A stretch of 64,000 bases of DNA, taken from the NCBI GenBank assembly GCA_030037075.1, contig JASHRX010000023.1, positions 4,008-68,007 of the forward strand, given 5' to 3'. Source of the DNA: Candidatus Micrarchaeota archaeon. Its GTDB lineage: Archaea; Micrarchaeota; Micrarchaeia; Micrarchaeales; Micrarchaeaceae. The notes below the pieces were generated by a model that worked only from the letters and a program-made list of their open reading frames with translations, was not told the origin of the DNA and ran no database searches. The position numbers and the translations under genes were made by a program. Shown here in pieces: positions 9,509 to 16,379 of this stretch; positions within the stretch are counted from its first letter, which is position 1; each line of letters begins with the position of its first letter.

Positions 9509-9602
9509 AGCGGGGTAGGGTAGTCTGGAGTGCCCGTCGGGCTCATAACGTTTTTTGCTGTAAGAAACCCGAAGATCGATGGTTCAAATCCATTCCCCGC
9601 TA
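9509..9602 (+). tRNA. Initiator tRNA-Met (CAT) with a ~19-nt intron in the anticodon loop
   Basis: AGCGGGG/CCCCGCT acceptor (A1:U72). The anticodon stem TCGGG/CCCGA has three G:C pairs next to the loop CTCATAA (CAT at 9544-9546). T-arm is GATGG-TTCAAAT-CCATT. An extra 19 nt (about 9548-9566) sits between loop and stem. A T-run follows the gene. Confidence 0.85.
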
Positions 9603-9737
9603 TCTTTTTTCTTGACCCTGCAGTTCCGCTATTTCTTCTTTTTGTTCAAAAAGCATCCTATATGTTTTATATCTTACCTTACAAATACATATATAAGATA
9701 AAAGAACCACGAATAGTGGAACTCTGGGGTGTGCATT

Positions 9738-10232
9738 ATGCCTGGAAACGATCTCACATACGATGCCCTGTGGCAGACCTCTCAGAAAGAGAAGAGGACC
9801 AACGAGCTTCAGCTCGTCCCAAAGACCTTTTACGATGACATGACGGAGTTCATAAACGGCATGGAGAAGGAGTCGCACACAGAAGAGGAGAAGCAGAGGG
9901 CCTCCAACGCGGCAAGGATGTTCAACGAACTTTACGCAAGGAGAAAGCAGAAGATAATGATGTATGTCGCGTACGGGAGGCAGCTGCCCAGCCAGATGCC
10001 GCAGCAGGACACTGACCTCTATGACGAAGCCGCAAAGGTGATGAAGGCAGCGGAACTAAGCAGCGGCGCAGCGGCGCAAAAGCCGCAGCTCAAGGTGATG
10101 CAGGACATACCCGAAATAATACTGCCTTCGGGCAGGCGCGTCGGCCCGCTTGCGAGGGACCAGACAATTGAGATAAAGGAGAAGGATGACCGAATGTTCC
10201 TGGTAAACAATAAGATTTGCAAAGATATGTAG
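9738..10232 (+). CDS. GINS subunit (Gins51/Sld5-Psf1-like), replication factor
   Basis: N-terminal LTYDALWQTSQKEKRTNELQLVPKTFYDD pattern and a C-terminal small beta domain (VMQDIPEIILPSGRRVGPLARDQTIEI). A family-level call made from memory of the motif pattern. Confidence 0.6.
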   Translation: MPGNDLTYDALWQTSQKEKRTNELQLVPKTFYDDMTEFINGMEKESHTEEEKQRASNAARMFNELYARRKQKIMMYVAYGRQLPSQMPQQDTDLYDEAAKVMKAAELSSGAAAQKPQLKVMQDIPEIILPSGRRVGPLARDQTIEIKEKDDRMFLVNNKICKDM

Positions 10233-10240
10233 TTGGTTTT

Positions 10241-10522
10241 ATGAAGATGGTAAAAGAGATAAACGCGTACTGCCCGAAGTGCAACAAGCACACGCCTCAT
10301 TCGGTGAAGCTCTACTCCAGCAAGCCCGCCAGCGGCCTAGGCATGGGCGCGAGGAGGCGTGAGAGAAAGCTGAAGGGCTATGTGGGCAAGGTAAAGGGTA
10401 AGGCAACGCAGATCAAGGTTGCGAAGAGGCAGAAGGTTCTTCTCGAGTGCAAGGAGTGCCATTACATTGTGGAAAGGGTTGTGGGGACCAGGACGAAGAA
10501 GAAGCTGGAGATAAAGGCCTAG
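10241..10522 (+). CDS. rpl44e: 50S ribosomal protein eL42 (L44e)
   Basis: YCPKCNKHTPHSV...ECKECH zinc-ribbon pattern and a basic composition. Confidence 0.85.
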   Translation: MKMVKEINAYCPKCNKHTPHSVKLYSSKPASGLGMGARRRERKLKGYVGKVKGKATQIKVAKRQKVLLECKECHYIVERVVGTRTKKKLEIKA

Positions 10523-10532
10523 AACGATTAAC

Positions 10533-11315
10533 GTGGAAACACCAAGAATCGGCTCGCTTGTGATAGCACAGGTAGCCAAGATAACGCAGTTCGGCGCGTA
10601 CTGCCGCCTTCCGGAGTACAACAACATGGAAGTCTTCATGCCGATACGTGAAGTTTCGTCCGGCTGGATAAAGAACATCAGAGAGTTCATCCACGAGGGC
10701 CAGAACCTGGTCTGCAAGGTTGTCCTCTACGACAAGGACAGGAACACGATCGATGTATCGCTGAAGAAGGTCACGCCAAAGGAAACGAAGGTGAAGATCG
10801 GCGAGTACAACCTGGAGAAGAGGCTGGGAGCGCTGCTCAACCAGGCGGCCAAGCAGGCAGGCCTGCAGGGCAACGAGCAGATAATGCAGGAGCTGCAGCA
10901 CGAGTTCGGGAGCTACACAAACCTCTTCCAGCAGGCCACTACGAACTCGGAGCAGTTCGAGAAGCTGAAGATTCCGAAGAAGCTGAAGGAGGAGATACAG
11001 AAGGCAATAGAGGCGAACAGGAAGGAGAAGAAGCACACCGTCTCTTACATCGCGACAATATCTACGTTCAATACGGAATCCGGGGCTAGCGAGCTGCGAG
11101 GCATGCTCTCCGAGGCCCAGAAAGCAGGAGTTGAGGTATCCTACATAAGCGCGCCCAAGTACAGGTTCCTGTCAGACGGCAAGGATTACACCGAGGCGGA
11201 ATCCAAGATAAAGAAGGCCGAGTCGATAATAACAGCAAAGCTCGGCAAGGGCACCTTCAAGCTCGAGAAGGAGAAGCTGAAGAAGGAGAAGGAGGACATA
11301 CTCGCGCAGATATGA
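10533..11315 (+). CDS. eif2a: Translation initiation factor aIF2 alpha
   Basis: N-terminal S1 domain (GSLVIAQVAKITQFGAYCRLPEYNNMEVFMPIREVSSGWIKNIREF) plus helical and alpha-beta domains; GTG start. Confidence 0.9.
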   Translation: METPRIGSLVIAQVAKITQFGAYCRLPEYNNMEVFMPIREVSSGWIKNIREFIHEGQNLVCKVVLYDKDRNTIDVSLKKVTPKETKVKIGEYNLEKRLGALLNQAAKQAGLQGNEQIMQELQHEFGSYTNLFQQATTNSEQFEKLKIPKKLKEEIQKAIEANRKEKKHTVSYIATISTFNTESGASELRGMLSEAQKAGVEVSYISAPKYRFLSDGKDYTEAESKIKKAESIITAKLGKGTFKLEKEKLKKEKEDILAQI

Positions 11316-11322
11316 TGGTAGA

Positions 11323-12114
11323 ATGAAGAACGGCACAATGATAGTGATGAACAAGGACGTCAAGGTGAGCAAGCCAATCCTCGTTGTAGGGCTGCCAGGG
11401 ATAGGCAGCGTCGGGAAGCTGGTCGCGGAGCACCTCAAGCACGAGTTCGAGGGCGAGAGGTTCGCAACCCTCTATTCCAACCACTTCCCGCACAAGGTTG
11501 TCATGCTGAAGAGCGGAGGAGTCCGCCTTGTCAGCAACCGTTTCTATCTCATAAAGAGCAAGAAGAAGAACGGCAACGACATAGTGATACTCACTGGCGA
11601 CGACCAGGCGGTTACCCCAGAAGGCCAGTACTACGTTAACGAGAAGATCGTGGAGTTCTTCAAGGAGAAACTTAAGGGTGAGTTCATCTACACGATCGGA
11701 GGATACACCACCGGTGAGCCGATAGACGGGATTCCGAAGGTCTACGGGAACGCGACAAGCAAGGCGGTTGTAGAGCAGTTCAAGTCCTCCAAGGTAATAT
11801 TCGGGAAGTCGAAGGGTATGATATGGGGTTCAGCTGGCCTCATAATCGCGTTTGCAAAGATGAAGAAGGTGAGCGGGATATGCCTGATGGGTGAGACCGC
11901 CTTCGTGGACCTCGACGCCGCGGCTGCCAAGTCCGTCCTCCTTGTGCTGGCCGACCGCCTTGGGCTCAGCATAGACACGCAGAATCTCGATAAGATAATC
12001 GCAAAGACAGCGAAGGCCCTGAAAGAGATTGAGAGGCAGATGAGCGGTTTCCAGGTATCATCTGGAGGGGTAGCCGGCCCCGCACCTGAGCAGCACCCGA
12101 CGTACATCAGGTAA
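11323..12114 (+). CDS. PAC2-family proteasome-assembly-chaperone-like protein (COG1938)
   Basis: PILVVGLPGIGSVGKLVAEHL...ILTGDDQ motif and the conserved neighbourhood next to aIF2-alpha. Confidence 0.7.
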   Translation: MKNGTMIVMNKDVKVSKPILVVGLPGIGSVGKLVAEHLKHEFEGERFATLYSNHFPHKVVMLKSGGVRLVSNRFYLIKSKKKNGNDIVILTGDDQAVTPEGQYYVNEKIVEFFKEKLKGEFIYTIGGYTTGEPIDGIPKVYGNATSKAVVEQFKSSKVIFGKSKGMIWGSAGLIIAFAKMKKVSGICLMGETAFVDLDAAAAKSVLLVLADRLGLSIDTQNLDKIIAKTAKALKEIERQMSGFQVSSGGVAGPAPEQHPTYIR

Positions 12115-12203
12115 ACGTCAATTGGCACTCTCCAATTAGATGGGTGTCGTATTTTATGGCACTGCAACTAACGAAAGCCATGCGCTCAATAATCTTCCTA
12201 AAC

Positions 12204-12212
12204 TATATATAT
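12204..12212 (+). promoter_or_regulatory. TATA box upstream of metK
   Basis: TATATATAT lies about 30 nt upstream of the first possible metK codon. Confidence 0.45.
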
Positions 12213-12239
12213 CTTGGCGTTAGTCTAACTAACTAAAAA

Positions 12240-13439
12240 ATTGGTGTTTTCGCGAGAAGATACTTCAGTTCTGAGAGCGTAACAGAGGGTCACCCGGACA
12301 AGGTCTGCGACGCGATAAGCGATGCGATATTGGACGCATGCCTCACGCAGGACCCCGAGAGCAGGGTGGCGATCGAGACCCTCGCAACAAGGGACTTCTG
12401 CTGCATAGCCGGAGAAGTGACAACAAAGGCGAACGTTGACTTCGAGAAGGTTGCAAGGCAGAAGATCCGGGAGATAGGATATGATGACCCGGCGCTCGGA
12501 TTCTCTGACAAGTCTGAGATACTAGTCAAAGTGCACAAGCAGAGCCCGGACATATCACAGGGAGTGGACGGCCATGGCGATTATTCAAAGGAGCAGGGTG
12601 CAGGAGACCAAGGACTAATGTTCGGATACGCGAGCAACGAGACCCCGCAGCTCATGCCGCTTCCTATTGCGCTCGCGCATGCGCTTTCAGAGAAGCTCGC
12701 AGAGCTAAGGAAGAACGGCGGGATACCGGAACTGCTTCCTGATGGCAAGTCCCAAGTGACAGTTGAGTACGATGGAAGGATACCAAAGAGGGTCCAGGTT
12801 GTCGTTATATCGGCCCACCACAAGGGCGACTGCAACATGGAGCACCTGAGGGATGAGATACTCGCCAAGGTAATAAGGCCTGTGCTGGGCCACTGGATGG
12901 ATAGCGCCACGCAGGTATACATAAACCCGACGGGCAGGTTTGCGCTGGGGGGTCCAGCCGCGGATACAGGAGTAACGGGCAGGAAGATAATTGTTGACAC
13001 TTATGGGGGCAAGGGAAGGCATGGAGGCGGTGCGTTCTCCGGAAAAGACCCCTCAAAGGTTGACAGGTCTGCCGCGTACATGGCAAGGTACATCGCCAAG
13101 AACGTTGTGGCAGCAGGACTTGCAGATGAGTGTGAAATACAGATATCATACTGCATAGGCTACGCAGACCCGATGAACGTTCATGTGGAATGCTTTGGAA
13201 CAAACAAGGTACCGCAGGAGGTAATCGAGGGTCTGATTCTCAAGAACTTCCAGCTGAAGCCTGCAATGATAATAAAGACATTGCAGCTCAAGCGTCCTAT
13301 ATACTCGAAGACGGTAGCGTATGGGCATTTCGGCAAGGCTGACATGCCATGGGAGCAGACCGACAAGGCAAACGTATTAAGAGAAGAGGCTCGAAATCCA
13401 ACCAAGGAGCTACAGAACCAGCGCACAAAGCGCCAGTAG
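12240..13439 (+). CDS. metK: S-adenosylmethionine synthetase, bacterial/eukaryal MetK type; start codon unclear
   Basis: SESVTEGHPDKVCDAISDAILDA, GAGDQGLMFGYA and GGGAFSGKDPSKVDRSAAY motifs. The conserved N-terminus begins before the ORF-track TTG at 12330. The only in-frame codons after the TAA at 12234 are non-canonical (ATT at 12240). Confidence 0.85.
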   Translation: MGVFARRYFSSESVTEGHPDKVCDAISDAILDACLTQDPESRVAIETLATRDFCCIAGEVTTKANVDFEKVARQKIREIGYDDPALGFSDKSEILVKVHKQSPDISQGVDGHGDYSKEQGAGDQGLMFGYASNETPQLMPLPIALAHALSEKLAELRKNGGIPELLPDGKSQVTVEYDGRIPKRVQVVVISAHHKGDCNMEHLRDEILAKVIRPVLGHWMDSATQVYINPTGRFALGGPAADTGVTGRKIIVDTYGGKGRHGGGAFSGKDPSKVDRSAAYMARYIAKNVVAAGLADECEIQISYCIGYADPMNVHVECFGTNKVPQEVIEGLILKNFQLKPAMIIKTLQLKRPIYSKTVAYGHFGKADMPWEQTDKANVLREEARNPTKELQNQRTKRQ

Positions 13440-13460
13440 TCTAGCGGTCAGGATACCGCC
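13430..13460 (+). pseudogene. Orphan 5' half of a tRNA-Gly-like gene (acceptor 5' strand, D-arm, start of anticodon stem)
   Basis: GCGCCAG-TA-GTCT-AGCGGTCA-GGAT-A-CCGCC parallels the 5' half of the intact tRNA-Gly at 14292. It has the same GCGCCAG acceptor and the same GGATACC. No matching anticodon-stem 3' strand or T-arm follows it. Confidence 0.7.
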
Positions 13461-14291
13461 ATTTTTCCAAGCAAGCAGCGATTTGCACACGAGGTTATAA
13501 ATAATTTAACCGCGCTAAGGAAGCATGGTCGTAGTAAATAAAGAAAAAGCCCAGGAGATAAGTAAGCTGTACTCAGAAGGATGGAGCCTTAATAAACTGG
13601 CAGAAAACTTCTCTATAAGTAAGAGCACAATTTACTACAACGTTAGGAAAAGGTTTGGTTTAAAACACCAAACTTCAAGGTTCAACCTAAGCAATAAGGA
13701 ACTGCTAGGCGAATTCCTGGGACTTTTTGCCGGTGATGGTAATTTTGAATTTGATGCTGCTTATCATTACAGGGTGACTATATTTCTCTCCCCAAAAGAG
13801 CGCAAAATACTCAACAGAACAGTGCACATAATTTCCCAATTGTTCGGTAAGAAACCCTGGGTTTGGTACAATAAACGCGGCAACTGCTATTACGTCAGGG
13901 TATACGGCAAACGGATATTTCTATTGCTGAAGAAGTTTCTAAGCTGGGGTAAAAATAAGACACTTACAATCTCATTTAATGATAACGTTTTCAGAGATCG
14001 TAGGTTAATGAAAGGCATAATCCGGGGCTTGATCAATTCAGATGGTAATATATACGAAGCTAGACTAAGGATTTCATTCGGCAGTATATCAAAAACCATG
14101 ATAGAACAAAGTGAGTCTATGTTGACCATACTATCCGTCCCGCACACTTATTCAACCTCAGCTCCTCATCAGAACCACAAAAGATTTTACACAATAGCAA
14201 TAGAAGGTGAAAAGAAAGTTTTAGAGTTTAACAGCAAAATCGGTTTGATAGACTCAGAGAAACAAGATATTCTGCAAAGTGCATTAAACAT
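13458..14291 (+). mobile_element. AT-rich homing-endonuclease cassette inserted at a tRNA-Gly locus
   Basis: The LAGLIDADG ORF has its own TATA box and is flanked by an imperfect direct duplication of a tRNA-Gly 5' half. G+C is clearly lower than in the flanks by hand count of 60-nt samples (38% vs 52%). Confidence 0.55.
13495..13505 (+). promoter_or_regulatory. TATA box of the LAGLIDADG gene
   Basis: TTATAAATAAT is centred about 25 nt upstream of the ATG at 13525, implying a leaderless or near-leaderless mRNA. Confidence 0.45.
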
Positions 14292-14334
14292 GCGCCAGTC
14301 ATCTAGCCTGGAAGGATACCAGCTTCCCAATTGA
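13525..14334 (+). CDS. Double-motif LAGLIDADG homing endonuclease with an N-terminal helix-turn-helix
   Basis: Motif 1 is FLGLFAGDGNF and motif 2 is IRGLINSDGNI, about 105 aa apart. The N-terminus (EGWSLNKLAENFSISKSTIYYNVRK) is a resolvase/Hin-like HTH. Confidence 0.8.
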   Translation: MVVVNKEKAQEISKLYSEGWSLNKLAENFSISKSTIYYNVRKRFGLKHQTSRFNLSNKELLGEFLGLFAGDGNFEFDAAYHYRVTIFLSPKERKILNRTVHIISQLFGKKPWVWYNKRGNCYYVRVYGKRIFLLLKKFLSWGKNKTLTISFNDNVFRDRRLMKGIIRGLINSDGNIYEARLRISFGSISKTMIEQSESMLTILSVPHTYSTSAPHQNHKRFYTIAIEGEKKVLEFNSKIGLIDSEKQDILQSALNMRQSSSLEGYQLPN

Positions 14335-14377
14335 TAGGAAGCAGCTGGACGCCCGGGTTCAAATCCCGGCTGGCGCA
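14292..14377 (+). tRNA. tRNA-Gly (CCC) with a 13-nt intron at 37/38
   Basis: GCGCCAG/CTGGCGC acceptor, D-arm ATCT-AGCCTGGAA-GGAT, anticodon stem CCAGC/GCTGG, loop TTCCCA|A with CCC at 14326-14328. The intron is 14330-14342, and its GGAA pairs with loop UUCC leaving 3-nt bulges CA|A and GC|A. T-arm is CCGGG-TTCAAAT-CCCGG. Confidence 0.85.
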
Positions 14378-14378
14378 T

Positions 14379-15080
14379 TTAAATAAGGATCAGCACGAGC
14401 ATCCCTATTATTCCTCCTATAAGCCCGCAAGCTAGGTTAGAGGTAAACTTATCGCCCATCCCTCTCTCTTCATAATGGCCGAGGAACGAGTCAACTACTG
14501 TACCGGCAAAGCCCCCGGCCGTGCACCCTAGCAGCGCAAGCACAGCAAGCTGGTAATTTCCCGGCAGTATGTATCCCAGCTTAAAGGCAATGAACGTGAA
14601 TGGAGTGCTTATCAGCATAGCACCGAACAGGCCAGAGGCAAGCCCGAATACTGTTACCCCGCCGGAAGCACCCCTCTTGACAAGCTTGTATGTAAGAATG
14701 TCGTGCGGCGCGCCATTCAGCACGCCCAGCTCGCTGCTGAACTTGTCGGCCGTTATCGCGGCCACGCTCGCGCCGAAACCAGCAAGAGATGCAACAGCCA
14801 GCGCCGCATTCCTTTGCACAAAGATGAAGATGAAGAAAAGGAATGCGAAGATGAGAGGCCCTATCCCATTCGAAAGAACGTTGGTGATTCCTCTAGCCTT
14901 CTGGTATACCCCAAGGCTCTTCTTACGCTCCTTGCCAACAGTCGTTACAGCGGCGGCAAGACCCAAAAAGTAGAGCATGAAGACCAGGAAGATGAGGTTT
15001 AGTCCCCCAAAGAAGAGCATGGCCACTCCCAGAATTGCCGCAAGGGTCAGACCCTTCGCATCGAGAGTAAGGAAGCCCAT
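14379..15080 (-). CDS. DUF92/TMEM19-family integral membrane protein
   Basis: About 7 TM helices and Gly-rich motifs (GASGGVTVFGL, GCTAGGFAGTVVDSFLG). A family call from pattern memory. Confidence 0.5.
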   Translation of the reverse strand: MGFLTLDAKGLTLAAILGVAMLFFGGLNLIFLVFMLYFLGLAAAVTTVGKERKKSLGVYQKARGITNVLSNGIGPLIFAFLFFIFIFVQRNAALAVASLAGFGASVAAITADKFSSELGVLNGAPHDILTYKLVKRGASGGVTVFGLASGLFGAMLISTPFTFIAFKLGYILPGNYQLAVLALLGCTAGGFAGTVVDSFLGHYEERGMGDKFTSNLACGLIGGIIGMLVLILI

Positions 15081-15206
15081 TTCTTTTCATTTTTATGAAA
15101 TAATATTCCGCTATTATCTCTAATAAGAAAGCTTTTTAGACCTATGTTATGAATATTAAATTACGGGTTCTCTACTGTAGGAAGGTCGTGAAGAACTGGT
15201 CGCCTT

Positions 15207-15248
15207 GCCAGCGTGGAAACACGCTGGCACTATTTCTTCTTTCTTTTC
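15207..15248 (+). other. Perfect 9-bp GC-rich hairpin with a GAAA tetraloop followed by a T-rich tract (terminator-like or small-RNA 3' end)
   Basis: GCCAGCGTG-GAAA-CACGCTGGC at 15207-15228, then ACTATTTCTTCTTTCTTTTC. No upstream same-strand CDS exists for it to terminate. Confidence 0.4.
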
Positions 15249-15381
15249 AACGCAGCTTTAGCTCTTGAAATTACGTTTTGAAATTTCAGCAGCGATGCTA
15301 ACAACAGCGATTTCTTTTCTGAACTCTGATCGCTGAAATAGATGCACAAGAAAGGTTCTTAAGCTCTGCTTCCACACAGCC

Positions 15382-15395
15382 CTTAAATACTTTTT
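15382..15395 (+). promoter_or_regulatory. TATA box of radA
   Basis: CTTAAATACTTTTT lies about 30 nt upstream of the radA ATG at 15422. Confidence 0.4.
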
Positions 15396-15421
15396 CTACC
15401 ATAAACTAATGTCGTGTTCTG

Positions 15422-16369
15422 ATGCCAAAAGATAAAGCGATACGCGAGCTTGAGGACCTTCCCGGCATAGGTCCAACAACCGCAGAGAAGCTCAGGGCCG
15501 CAGGCATAGACACCCTTGACAAGGTGGCAACTTCATCCCCGCATGACCTCTCAGAAACAGCAGGCATTAGTGTTGATGCGGCTAAGAAAGCGGTCCAGGC
15601 CGCTCAGGAGTCCACAACAATCGCCTATGAAACTGGAGAAGAGTTCTACGAAAAGAGAAAGCAGATAGGAAAAGTATCCACGGGATCGAAGGATCTTGAC
15701 GAATTGATAGGCGGCGGGGTAGAGACAAACGGGATTACTGAAGCTTACGGGAGATTCGCGAGCGGAAAGACGCAGCTCGGGTTCCAGATAGCGGTAAATG
15801 CGCAAATGCCAAAGGACAAGGGCGGCATAGATGGAGCGGTGCTCTTTCTGGATACCGAAGGAACATTCAGGCCTGAAAGGATAGAATCGATCGCCAAGGC
15901 ATCGAAGGTCGACCCAAAGAAAGCGCTCGAGAACATAATCCTGGTAAGAACGCTTACTACGGACCAGCAGATACTGACTCTGGAAAGGGCTGACAAGATA
16001 ATACAGGAGAAGAACGTGAAGCTCATAATAGTAGATTCACTCACCTCTTTATTCAGGTCAGAGTTTCTTGGCAGAGGCGCGCTTGGAGAGAGGCAGCAGA
16101 AGCTCAACGCGCACATACACAGGCTGCAGACCCTGGCGGACAAATACAGCCTTGCGGTCTACATAACTAACCAGGTCATGGACAACCCCGGAATAATGTT
16201 CGGCGACCCTACGACGCCGATAGGTGGCAACGTGCTCGCCCACGCGGCTACCACAAGGCTCTACATGCGCAAGAGCAAGGAGGAGAAGAGGATAGTCAGA
16301 CTTGTCGATTCGCCCAACATGCCGGAGGGGGAATGCGTTATAAAGATAACACCGGAGGGCATCGCCTGA
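15422..16369 (+). CDS. radA: DNA repair and recombination protein RadA
   Basis: HhH N-terminus (LEDLPGIGPTTAEKLRAAG), Walker A GRFASGKTQ, LIIVDSL Walker B. Confidence 0.95.
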   Translation: MPKDKAIRELEDLPGIGPTTAEKLRAAGIDTLDKVATSSPHDLSETAGISVDAAKKAVQAAQESTTIAYETGEEFYEKRKQIGKVSTGSKDLDELIGGGVETNGITEAYGRFASGKTQLGFQIAVNAQMPKDKGGIDGAVLFLDTEGTFRPERIESIAKASKVDPKKALENIILVRTLTTDQQILTLERADKIIQEKNVKLIIVDSLTSLFRSEFLGRGALGERQQKLNAHIHRLQTLADKYSLAVYITNQVMDNPGIMFGDPTTPIGGNVLAHAATTRLYMRKSKEEKRIVRLVDSPNMPEGECVIKITPEGIA

Positions 16370-16379
16370 TTGTGGTAGA

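Noticed and set aside
9530-9838. The 102-aa plus-strand ORF from the ORF track.
   Set aside because: It starts inside the initiator tRNA gene and runs through its terminator and the GINS promoter, so it is a non-coding artefact. The same applies to 14187-14378 (-) over tRNA-Gly and 57237-57437 (-) over tRNA-Trp.
13458-14320. Reading the whole endonuclease cassette as an ~860-nt BHB intron of a single tRNA-Gly (5' exon = the orphan half at 13430-13457, 3' exon from 14321).
   Set aside because: I could not place the two junctions in staggered 3-nt bulges separated by a 4-bp helix. The downstream copy 14292-14377 is already a complete, well-formed tRNA with its own good 13-nt hBH intron. I keep the giant intron only as an alternative to test (see the long-range complementarity finding).
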